64,000 bases of DNA from Myxococcota bacterium. GTDB lineage: Bacteria > Myxococcota_A > SURF-8. Each line of letters opens with the position of its first letter. Within the stretch, counting starts at the first letter, position 1. Both the position numbers and the translations under genes were made by a program. Positions 1 through 8,764 of this stretch are shown here, piece after piece. The stretch spans positions 4,768,001-4,832,000 of the forward strand of contig OZ223209.1 in the NCBI GenBank assembly GCA_965140415.1. Reading direction: 5' to 3'. The notes under the pieces were generated by a model. The model was not told the origin of the DNA. It made no database searches and saw nothing but the letters and a program-made list of their open reading frames with translations.

Positions 1-59
1 GTTTTTGTTAAAGATACTGGATAGTTACTGTGGTTTGCGTTAAAGTTAACCGGACAGAT

Positions 60-154
60 GTGGGCTCCCGTCTTGAACCGTCGGTTCTCGGTCGGGGCTC
101 CCGTCCCGACCATGACGCCAAACGCGTAGAGCAGGACGGGAGCCCTGCTCTAAC
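60..154. repeat. REP-like palindrome cluster
   Basis: Core GGGCTCCCGTC at 62-72 and 95-105, reverse complement at 135-145; hairpins GGTCGGG..CCCGACC (90-111) and GTAG-led TAGAGCAGG..CCTGCTCTA (126-152); lies just downstream of a gene. Confidence 0.55.
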
Positions 155-183
155 ATCGGACCGACATATAAACAATGTTAGTT

Positions 184-2160
184 CTATTTCCCGGAAGAGC
201 TAACTTCAAGCTGCATTCCTGCCAACACCGCCGGAGAATCGCCGCCATTGATGACATGCAGATATACCCGCTCGCCCTTTGAAAGGCCACTAATTGTCCA
301 CGTAATTTTCGGCACCTCACCGGAAGGCGTTTGCGCTGTCGAAAGAACGGGAATTAAGCTGCGATCCGTTTGTACCTCGTACCAGTCACCCGCCTGCTTG
401 ATATAGTTCACCGGCTCCTTTTCACGCACATACAGTTCAAAGGCCCAGTCATCCATACTCGGATACATGCCCGTTCTATCGCTACGTTCTATGATCATCG
501 CCGACAATGTCAGCGTATCCTGCTCGCCGCTCAGATCGACATAGCCCTGTACATGTGCCGTGGAAATGCGCTTGCTTTGCTCTTGCTCGTGAATCGTCAT
601 GAAGGTATTCCACATTCTGTCGATGGCTCCCCCCATGTACAAGGCCCGGTACTCGCCATTCTGAATGTCCTTGAAATCCTTGGCGCGAAGATCCTGGAAC
701 AGGCCACGCGCCTGCAAGATTTCAGTAACAGCAGGAATCTGGTCGTTCAGATTTTCGACTTCCATCTGTTGCAACAAGCTTTCCGCGTACATACGGAACG
801 TCAGATCCGGTCCAAGCTCTTTCAACTCCATCAAGCTACGCATGACCAAGCGAACGAAATCATAGCGGTCCACATCCGCGTTCTGCTGCAACAATTGGAA
901 GATTTCGTAGTTCGCACCGGTAACGATCAATCCGTCGAATTGATCGACGCCCTGTAGCGCTTCCGGGTAGGTTCGATCATTCTCGACATCACGCATATAT
1001 CCCGGCCCGGCCATTTGATCCAGATACTCGAATAACGTGGTGCGCTCCGACGTCAGAAAGACAAAGGTTTCCGCCATCCCTTGTTCCAATGCATTGGCCT
1101 GGTTGGTCATGCCAAATTCGTCCGCGTAAAGGTGATAGTTCATATCGGCCAGGGCGTAATTGATCAGATGCCCGAATTCATGGTAAACCGTTTCACCGTC
1201 GTAAGCGAAATCCGCGCTTTCTCCTTGACCGAACACCAGCACCTGTCCCTGCAATTCCTCCAGTCCGTAAATCACACCCATCCCGACCTGCATATGCGCG
1301 GCAGAAATAAACATGGACAGTTCCAGCGATTGCAACCGGCTTTGCCCTGGAAACACCGGCCCGACAGGCAATGGCAGACGATAATTGGCCACCAGATGAA
1401 TCGGCACCTTTTCGCCGTTCCATTCGTGTTGACCCGGCAGCAAATCAAACAGGCCCACACGCTCGTCGGTAATGAAATCGTAGATCTTCGAGGCGTGGTA
1501 ATACAACTCGACTTCCGCATGGATGTCGTTGGGATCGTTGGGCTGTGCCGCATCGGGCAACGCCGCGTCATAATCACGATAGACGAAGCTGCCGTTTTGC
1601 TGGCTGTCGGCGCGCTGGTGCATCGTGCACACGAATTGCGTCTCCAATCCGGTCCCACGATTGCTGCGGCCTTCATCCATGCAGCTATGCACCTGCAAGC
1701 GCATTACGCCGTTAGCATCCGGCACACTGCTCAACGGGCCACCTTCAGAAGACAATCCACCTAGACTGACAAGCACAGGCTGCTCGCACACGACCGGATC
1801 GGGGTCAAAGACCAATGCCTCGTTGATTGCATAATCAATTGGCGGCTCGGTGTCCACTTCGATTTCCAATTCAAACTCCTGTTCCGATTCCGCTTCAATG
1901 TCATAATCGGTCCATTCGGAATCCTCTTCGACTGCATCAAGATCCAAGTCGCCATCCAGGATTTCATCATCCATACCATCCCGGTCACCATCTGTTAGAT
2001 CACTATCTGATTGGTCGCCATCGGATTCGATCTCCCATTCCGTTTCATTTCCTGCTTCCAGATCCGAATCGCCGCCGGAGAGTTCCGAATCGTCCGAACA
2101 TGCACCAAGCACCACCACAATCCACACCCAACAGACCCCAAAACACACGTATCGCAGCAT
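184..2160 (-). CDS. Lipoprotein, acidic DGD linker plus M4/M36-like (gluzincin-type) metallopeptidase domain
   Basis: Signal peptide with LGAC lipobox; YHEFGH zinc motif preceded by DFAYDGE; GGAGG upstream of ATG at 2160 (ORF track starts at 2172). Confidence 0.7.
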   Translation of the reverse strand: MLRYVCFGVCWVWIVVVLGACSDDSELSGGDSDLEAGNETEWEIESDGDQSDSDLTDGDRDGMDDEILDGDLDLDAVEEDSEWTDYDIEAESEQEFELEIEVDTEPPIDYAINEALVFDPDPVVCEQPVLVSLGGLSSEGGPLSSVPDANGVMRLQVHSCMDEGRSNRGTGLETQFVCTMHQRADSQQNGSFVYRDYDAALPDAAQPNDPNDIHAEVELYYHASKIYDFITDERVGLFDLLPGQHEWNGEKVPIHLVANYRLPLPVGPVFPGQSRLQSLELSMFISAAHMQVGMGVIYGLEELQGQVLVFGQGESADFAYDGETVYHEFGHLINYALADMNYHLYADEFGMTNQANALEQGMAETFVFLTSERTTLFEYLDQMAGPGYMRDVENDRTYPEALQGVDQFDGLIVTGANYEIFQLLQQNADVDRYDFVRLVMRSLMELKELGPDLTFRMYAESLLQQMEVENLNDQIPAVTEILQARGLFQDLRAKDFKDIQNGEYRALYMGGAIDRMWNTFMTIHEQEQSKRISTAHVQGYVDLSGEQDTLTLSAMIIERSDRTGMYPSMDDWAFELYVREKEPVNYIKQAGDWYEVQTDRSLIPVLSTAQTPSGEVPKITWTISGLSKGERVYLHVINGGDSPAVLAGMQLEVSSSGK

Positions 2161-2272
2161 CACAACCTCCACGATCCTGTTTTCATAAGAAATGTCGCGT
2201 TTTCATGGTCAGTATACCATAATCTTATTGTTATACAATATTTTATTACCGAATTACGATTGTCATAAAACC

Positions 2273-2307
2273 TCAAGCGCCGACTTCCATTGGAAATCGG
2301 CGCTTGA
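2273..2307 (-). terminator. Hairpin terminator downstream of pntB
   Basis: TCAAGCGCCGA..TCGGCGCTTGA inverted repeat with T-run downstream on minus strand. Confidence 0.65.
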
Positions 2308-2333
2308 AAGAGAATTGAAGAAAGGACTGGTCG

Positions 2334-3746
2334 CTAGTGAGTGCCCTTGAGTGTTCTTACGAGTTTTTCTGCGGTGTCTTTGGCATCGCCCAGCAGCATC
2401 ATGGTGTTGGGCTTGAAAAAGAGTTCGTTATCTACGCCCGCATAGCCGACACCCAAACTACGTTTGCAGAACAGCACCGAATTGGCCCGTTCGACCTCCA
2501 GAATCGGCATTCCGTAAATCGGGCTGCCCGGATTCTTGGCGTCCGGGTTGGTGACATCGTTCGCGCCGATGACGAAGGCCACGTCGCAACTGGAGAAATC
2601 GTTATTGATTTCATCCATTTCCTTCACCTGGTCGTAAGGCACATTGGCATCGGCCAGTAACACGTTCATGTGCCCGGGCATACGTCCCGCCACCGGATGA
2701 ATCGCATAGCGTACGTTGATGTCCATCGAGGACAGCAGTTCGCCCATTTCCCGCACCGCGTGCTGCGCCTGGGCGACAGCCATTCCGTAACCGGGGACGA
2801 TAATGATATTGCGGGCTTGCTTCATCATGAAAGCAGCATCTTCCACACTGCCGACATTGGCGTTTCTTGCAGCGGCCTGCTGATGAGGATCGGCGCCGCC
2901 GACTGCATCGCCGGTTCCGAAGCCACCGAATAAGACACTCAAGAACGAGCGATTCATCGCCTTGCACATGATGTAACTCAGAATCGCGCCGCTGGAGCCG
3001 ATCAGCGCCCCGGTAATGATCAACAGGTGGTTATTCAAGGTAAAACCGATACCAGCCGCCGCCCATCCGGAATAGGAATTGAGCATGGAAACGATCACCG
3101 GCATGTCCGCGCCACCGATAGGAATAATCAGAGTCACTCCCAGGATCAAAGCTAGAATCGTCGTAACCCACAACGCACTGGAGCTTTCCGTAATCAACAA
3201 AACCAGACCGGCCAGCAGAATCAAGATTCCAAGCAGTGCATTGAGTTTATGCTGCCCTTTGAAACGCAACGGCGCACCGCTGATCAACCCCTGCAATTTG
3301 GCAAACGCCACCACCGAACCGGTAAACGTCACTGCCCCGATGCCGTCGCCTAACCACATTTCAACCAGACTGCCGGAAAAGATGTCGCCTTCCGGCGAGA
3401 GAATCCCATAACCGCCCGGATTGTAAAAGGCAGCCTTGGCGATCAAAACCGCCGCCAGACCGACCAGACTGTGCAAGATCGCCACCAGTTGTGGTAAAGC
3501 GGTCATCTCGATCTTGCGAGCGATTTTCACTCCGATATAACCGCCAATGGCGATCACGAGCACGATCCAGAACAAATGGTGCACATCCGAGCGTCCGATG
3601 GTCGCCAAGACGGCCAGCACCATTCCGACGATTCCATAGGTATTGCCGCGTTCGGCGGTTTCAGGATGGCTCAGACCGCGCAAAGCGAGAATGAACAGCA
3701 CCGCTGCCGCCAGGTAAATCAACGCTGAAAAATCCACATAAGTCAT
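2334..3746 (-). CDS. pntB: NAD(P) transhydrogenase subunit beta
   Basis: PIGGADMPVIVSMLNSYSGWA, PGYGMAVAQAQ, HPVAGRMPGHMNVLLA, GANDVTNP motifs. Confidence 0.97.
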   Translation of the reverse strand: MTYVDFSALIYLAAAVLFILALRGLSHPETAERGNTYGIVGMVLAVLATIGRSDVHHLFWIVLVIAIGGYIGVKIARKIEMTALPQLVAILHSLVGLAAVLIAKAAFYNPGGYGILSPEGDIFSGSLVEMWLGDGIGAVTFTGSVVAFAKLQGLISGAPLRFKGQHKLNALLGILILLAGLVLLITESSSALWVTTILALILGVTLIIPIGGADMPVIVSMLNSYSGWAAAGIGFTLNNHLLIITGALIGSSGAILSYIMCKAMNRSFLSVLFGGFGTGDAVGGADPHQQAAARNANVGSVEDAAFMMKQARNIIIVPGYGMAVAQAQHAVREMGELLSSMDINVRYAIHPVAGRMPGHMNVLLADANVPYDQVKEMDEINNDFSSCDVAFVIGANDVTNPDAKNPGSPIYGMPILEVERANSVLFCKRSLGVGYAGVDNELFFKPNTMMLLGDAKDTAEKLVRTLKGTH

Positions 3747-3759
3747 CGTTCCCCCCTCT

Positions 3760-4041
3760 CTAACGCCGCTTGCGGAACTTGGACAGCATCCGCTTCGTAA
3801 TGACGAAACCGCCGAAAACGTTCACGGCAGCCAGCATGGCAGCGGCCAATCCAAAATAAGTGGAGGGACCGGTCATTTCCGATCCGGCTGCAATGATCGC
3901 CCCGACGATTACCACACCACTAATGGCGTTGGTCACCGACATCAAGGGTGTATGCAAAGCGGGAGTGACGTTCCAGACAACGTGGTAACCGATCACCACC
4001 GCCAATACGAAAACGGTTAGCGCAATAATGAAAACCGACAT
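3760..4041 (-). CDS. pntAB: NAD(P) transhydrogenase subunit alpha part 2 (membrane)
   Basis: VTPALHTPLMSVTNAISG and NVFGGF motifs; between pntAA and pntB. Confidence 0.95.
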   Translation of the reverse strand: MSVFIIALTVFVLAVVIGYHVVWNVTPALHTPLMSVTNAISGVVIVGAIIAAGSEMTGPSTYFGLAAAMLAAVNVFGGFVITKRMLSKFRKRR

Positions 4042-4053
4042 GATAACCTTCCT

Positions 4054-5205
4054 TTACGTTTCGCTCGACTGCTCGTCCGTCGTTTTCGCAAACAACGGAT
4101 GCACCAGCGTTCCTTCATGCGCCAGTAGCGAAGCGGCCACGATTTCATCGTTCGTGTCCACCGCCAGATTCCCGTTTTCATCCAGCAGAATCTGAACGAA
4201 ATTCAAAATGTTACGCGAAATCAGACGGCTGCTCTCCGTAGCCAGCAGGCTGGGAATGTTTTGTTTTCCAACGATCAACACATCCCCTTCCATGATTTCC
4301 TCACCCGGCTGCGTCAGTTCGCAGTTTCCACCGCTTTCGGCTGCCAGATCGATAATCACCGAACCGGGCGACATGCCACGCACGGTTTCTGCGGAAATCA
4401 ATTTCGGCGCGGGACGTCCCGGCACGGCAGCAGTGGTGATGATAATGTCTTGCTGCTTCATGATCTCGGAAAGCTTTTCCTGTTGCAGGCGGCGCTCCTC
4501 CTCGGTCAATTCCCGCGCATATCCGCCGGAACCTTCACCGTTTTCGATGCCCACATCCAACTCGACAAAGCGTGCTCCCAGGCTTTGTACCTGTTCCTTG
4601 GCCGCCGAGCGAATATCATAGGCCAGCACCACTGCGCCTAGCCGTTTGGCGGTTGCTATCGCCTGCAAACCTGCGACGCCTACCCCCAATACCAGCAGAC
4701 GCGCAGGGCGCACCGTACCGGCGGCAGTCATCAGCATGGGAAAAACGGCGTTATAGCGTTCGGCAGCCATCAAAACCGCTTTGTACCCGGCCAGATTAGC
4801 CTGGCTGGAAAGCACGTCCATCGATTGCGCCCGCGAAATGCGCGGTATCAATTCCAGGGAAAAACAGCTTACCTTACGCTGGTTCAGGGCTTCGATCCGT
4901 CCCTGGTTTTCATAGGGACGCAATAGCGAAACCAAGTTGGATTCCGGCTTGAACCATTCCACTTCCCATTCTTCGGGAGGCTGGACTTTCAATACGACAT
5001 CCGCCTGGCCGTAAAGCTCCTGAGCCGAATCGATCACCTGCGCTCCCGCCTGCCTGTAAACGTCATCGGTGAAATGGGCGTACACACCCGCCCCGGCCTG
5101 CACGAGCACTTCCAAACCTTTATCCACCAACCGTTGCACCGTGTCCGGAGTGGCCGCCACTCGGCGCTCGGATTGCACAACCTCTTTTGGAACGCCTATC
5201 TTCAT
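4054..5205 (-). CDS. pntAA: NAD(P) transhydrogenase subunit alpha part 1 (dI)
   Basis: MKIGVPKE start after AAGGAG; ERRVAATP, RISRAQSMDVLSSQ, GVGVAGLQA, GGYA motifs. Confidence 0.95.
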   Translation of the reverse strand: MKIGVPKEVVQSERRVAATPDTVQRLVDKGLEVLVQAGAGVYAHFTDDVYRQAGAQVIDSAQELYGQADVVLKVQPPEEWEVEWFKPESNLVSLLRPYENQGRIEALNQRKVSCFSLELIPRISRAQSMDVLSSQANLAGYKAVLMAAERYNAVFPMLMTAAGTVRPARLLVLGVGVAGLQAIATAKRLGAVVLAYDIRSAAKEQVQSLGARFVELDVGIENGEGSGGYARELTEEERRLQQEKLSEIMKQQDIIITTAAVPGRPAPKLISAETVRGMSPGSVIIDLAAESGGNCELTQPGEEIMEGDVLIVGKQNIPSLLATESSRLISRNILNFVQILLDENGNLAVDTNDEIVAASLLAHEGTLVHPLFAKTTDEQSSET

Positions 5206-5421
5206 GAGAACGCTCTCCTTTCCAGTCTTCGCACCAGAAATATATTCACTTATATATCCTGGATATTTCGCCCGCCCCAAACCTCAGCTTTGACGGGTGT
5301 TTCCTAGCAGGAGACAGACAAGCTTGGAAATATTCCGGTTATCGAGTCGTTCGGATTTCCGGACATGTTAAACAGATGGAAAACGGCTAAACAGTCTGAA
5401 GGATGGAAAAAGGAAAGAGTT

Positions 5422-6195
5422 CTACCCAGCTTTTTTGCTCAGATAGATGTCACGATTCCCCAACAATTTCAATGAGGGGAGTACGGAGTTGGACAGACAT
5501 TCAAAGCTCAGGCCCTCTTTTTGGACGGCATCGGCAAGGTCATCGCCGAAATCGGTAAACACCAGACATTGCGATTGGGAGTCCGGATCCCAGTGATAAG
5601 CAGGCGGCAATAAATGGACAATCTCGCCATTTAAAAGTTTTGCACGAACGACTGTGGGTTGTTGAGAGTACCTGGGCACGGTAAACAAATGGAAACCACC
5701 CGGCTTCAGCACTCTTGCAATCTCGGACAAGGCTTTTAAAGGATCAGGGATATGCTCCAAGACATCCTCTGTCAACACCGTGTCAAAACTATTGTCATCA
5801 AAAGAAAGCGCTTGTAAATCCACAAAGGTAAGCTCTTTAGGCAACGTCTCAGGGTTCTCGGAAAATCCGCCTCGGATCCAGCCATCCGATTGGGGTGCAA
5901 AGCGGGAAAGCGGACCGGTTCCGTATGTATCCAGTACCTTCAAAGAATTCAACCGACTAGCAGCATCCTTTACAGAAGCAGCACCGGAAATCCCATGCAG
6001 CCGCAGAAAATGTTCCACTAATAATCGATTACGGCTGATACTGCGACATTGGGGACACAACTGCATTTCCTCCGGGTCCGACGCATCGAAGGCATAAAAA
6101 GGACCACGATATCCGCAAATGTTGCAGCGTCCGAACTTATGAAGGCGCCAGTTCGATAATGCGATGCGGGAATGCCTGATCAGCTTCTGAATCAT
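5422..6195 (-). CDS. Class I SAM-dependent methyltransferase-domain protein with N-terminal CxxC..CxxC
   Basis: DLQALSFDDNSFDTVLTEDVLEHIPDP..ARVLKPGG; CNIC and CPQC pairs. Confidence 0.75.
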   Translation of the reverse strand: MIQKLIRHSRIALSNWRLHKFGRCNICGYRGPFYAFDASDPEEMQLCPQCRSISRNRLLVEHFLRLHGISGAASVKDAASRLNSLKVLDTYGTGPLSRFAPQSDGWIRGGFSENPETLPKELTFVDLQALSFDDNSFDTVLTEDVLEHIPDPLKALSEIARVLKPGGFHLFTVPRYSQQPTVVRAKLLNGEIVHLLPPAYHWDPDSQSQCLVFTDFGDDLADAVQKEGLSFECLSNSVLPSLKLLGNRDIYLSKKAG

Positions 6196-6315
6196 CTTGT
6201 TATTGCCCTGGTTAGACTAGGTAGTAGTCATATTTAGCCACTGATTCTGTGATCTTGAGCCATAGTCTTACGCGATCGAAGATCGTGGAAGGCTGTGTGT
6301 CTTCAACAGGTTACG

Positions 6316-6351
6316 CATGGTCTCCCGGTATTTCCATTCCGGGAGACCATG
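6316..6351. terminator. 13-bp perfect inverted repeat, probable terminator
   Basis: CATGGTCTCCCGG..CCGGGAGACCATG downstream of the 6409-7233 gene; weak U-tract. Confidence 0.5.
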
Positions 6352-6408
6352 GCACATCATGATTACTCAAATCTATAGCACAAATGTGTGAAAAAGAGCG
6401 AGATGGAA

Positions 6409-7233
6409 TTAGAAATCAATTCCCATCAGCTTTTGCCCATGTCGATACATCAGGCCGTTTCGTCGCAGTAGTACCGCATAAAGCAACACCGCAAAGGATA
6501 TTCCTCCCGCAATCCAACCCAGCCAATGAATCAGCACGCTCGCGGCGATTGCAGAACCCAGGGCAAAGCCGAATACGAGAAACAAGAAGCGAAGAGCAAC
6601 CCGAACCGTTGAAAAAATACCGTTCGGTTTCGTGTCGATGCCGGAAAGCCGGTATCCTTCCAATAACCAGCGACTCATCAAACCGAGCAGCCACGGCAGC
6701 ATGATGACACCCATGCCATAAAGCGTCAATGCGACAGGACAAGTCAGCCAATCGACGACGTTCTGCCAGGGTTGTTGCGCATCCCAGTTTAAAAAGACCG
6801 CTTGATCGTAGGAAAAGAAACGGCGGTAGCCGCTGCCATCCCAGCCATGCACCAGAATGAAAAACATCATGAAGTAGCCCAGAGCAACTTGAAGGTATGC
6901 AAGGTACGGTTTAGCCATTCGAAGCAGGCGACGCACGAACCAGAACCCCAATATGCCCTGGGTAATATTGGTAACGGCAAAACCCGTAACCAACCAGGCT
7001 GGCAAGGTATCGTAGCTGAAGACCTGCATCGTTTCCCAATTGGTGAATGCCCAGAGAAGACAAATGCCGCTGGGAGCGAAAAAGAGCGAAAGAAAAAGCA
7101 GGGCGTGGCTGAAGTACGGCGACTTTACAAGCGTATCCGCCTCGATCTCACTGGGTTGCAATAACTGCTTATGCGCTGCCAGAGCGAAACCCGCCCCCAA
7201 GCCGTAAGACCAGAAGATATCGACCTGTACCAT
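6409..7233 (-). CDS. Integral membrane protein of unknown function
   Basis: About 7-8 hydrophobic segments; GGGAG RBS; motifs VQVDIFWSY, WETM, HGWDG. Confidence 0.75.
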   Translation of the reverse strand: MVQVDIFWSYGLGAGFALAAHKQLLQPSEIEADTLVKSPYFSHALLFLSLFFAPSGICLLWAFTNWETMQVFSYDTLPAWLVTGFAVTNITQGILGFWFVRRLLRMAKPYLAYLQVALGYFMMFFILVHGWDGSGYRRFFSYDQAVFLNWDAQQPWQNVVDWLTCPVALTLYGMGVIMLPWLLGLMSRWLLEGYRLSGIDTKPNGIFSTVRVALRFLFLVFGFALGSAIAASVLIHWLGWIAGGISFAVLLYAVLLRRNGLMYRHGQKLMGIDF

Positions 7234-7374
7234 GTGTGCTCCCCTCCCCGCCTACGGACGTTGCCTTACGCTATTCCGGCGATGTTTGGCAATTGCTCGA
7301 TTGGATTCGGAGCAAGCTTAGCATGTACAGCAAAGGCTTGTCATTGAAATTCAATGGGAGTGCACCCGGATGGA

Positions 7375-8589
7375 CTAGCGCTCGATATGCAGCAGCAATC
7401 CGAACAGATAGGCCCCTTCGGGATGGTAAAGACTGACCGGGTGGTCGCTGCCCGGTCCCAGGTGGCTTAGTACGCGCACGCGGCAGCCGTCTTCTTTGGC
7501 GGCGGAAAAGAGGATCTGTGTGAACAGGCGCTCGTCGATGAAAGGCGAGCAGGTAAAGGAAAAGAGATATCCATTGTCGATCAGCCCCATGGCGCGCCGG
7601 TTGATGTCCTTGTACGCTCGCGCGGCCTTGTCCACTTGATCGCGCCGTCTCGCAAAGGGTGGCGGATCACAGATCACGACATCAAAGCGTTCGCGATTTT
7701 CGGTGGCTTTAGGCAAGTAGCGTTTGACATCCTCTTTCAGGCTGATGGAATCGGAAGACGACAACTCGTTTAACGAGACATTCTCTTCCAGTAGCTCCAG
7801 TGCAGGGCCGCTGGAATCGACGCTGACGACCTGCCGCGCCCCGGTTTTCAACGCCGCCAGCGTGAAGCCGCCGGTATAGCAGAACAAGTTCAGTACGCGC
7901 AGCCCGGAACTCATGCGGCCCACCAGCGAGCGGTTATCGCGCTGATCGAGGAAAAAGCCGGTTTTCTGCCCGCCTTGCAGATCGACGGCATAGGCGATTC
8001 CGTTTTCCAGAATCGACACACGTTCCGGTGCCACCTCATCGAAAGTCCAGGATTTCCCTTCCAGGGTCATGCCTTCCAGCCGCACTGCGTCGGCTTCGAT
8101 GCGCAATTGAGCGGAATGCAGGGGCAGACCGTCCGTGCAAGCTTGCCGAAGCCATTCGACAACGTCATCCAGGCGCGTTTGCAGCCAGCGCGCCAAAGGC
8201 TGAATCACCAGATGCCCGGCGTAGTAATCTACGATCAGACCGGACAGACCGTCGCCTTCGCTGTTGATCAGACGTAGCGCGTCGGTGCATTGGGCATCGT
8301 AAAGGTTCATACGGAAGCGCACGGCACTGCTAATCCGCGCGCGCAGAATGTCCGATTCAGAAACAGCAGCGGTCCCGAAGTGCAGCAGTCGCACCCGAAT
8401 TCGGCTATCGGGATTGTAGAAGCCCTGTCCCAACGCCTGCCCTTTCGAATCGGCCACCGTCACCCAGTCACCGGCAGACGGATTTCCCTGAGCGCGTTCC
8501 ACACCACCGGAGAAAATCCACGGATGGAAGTTTCTGGCCGAGCGGTCGCGCTTGGCTTTCAGGTAGATCGTGGCTTGGGTATCGGTCAT
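7375..8589 (-). CDS. rlmI: 23S rRNA m5C1962 methyltransferase (RlmI-like)
   Basis: PUA-like HPWIFSG, INSEGDGLSGL, GQKTGFFLDQRDNR, LNLFCYTGGF, DPPPF, TCS. Confidence 0.9.
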   Translation of the reverse strand: MTDTQATIYLKAKRDRSARNFHPWIFSGGVERAQGNPSAGDWVTVADSKGQALGQGFYNPDSRIRVRLLHFGTAAVSESDILRARISSAVRFRMNLYDAQCTDALRLINSEGDGLSGLIVDYYAGHLVIQPLARWLQTRLDDVVEWLRQACTDGLPLHSAQLRIEADAVRLEGMTLEGKSWTFDEVAPERVSILENGIAYAVDLQGGQKTGFFLDQRDNRSLVGRMSSGLRVLNLFCYTGGFTLAALKTGARQVVSVDSSGPALELLEENVSLNELSSSDSISLKEDVKRYLPKATENRERFDVVICDPPPFARRRDQVDKAARAYKDINRRAMGLIDNGYLFSFTCSPFIDERLFTQILFSAAKEDGCRVRVLSHLGPGSDHPVSLYHPEGAYLFGLLLHIER

Positions 8590-8710
8590 GGCGGCTCCTT
8601 AAAACGGGAAAACGAAAAACGTGCGGAGTGTAGTTCATGCAGAAACGACATGCAAGTGGAATGCTGGGAAATATGGGAAACGGAAAACTTGCCAGTAATC
8701 CCAAAACGCA

Positions 8711-8741
8711 GAAAAGGCGGAGAGCCGCAGCCCTCCGCCTT
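8711..8741 (-). terminator. Rho-independent terminator after acylase gene
   Basis: AAGGCGGAG..CTCCGCCTT stem with T-run on minus strand. Confidence 0.6.
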
Positions 8742-8764
8742 GTAGAAACGTGATAATGCTCAAG

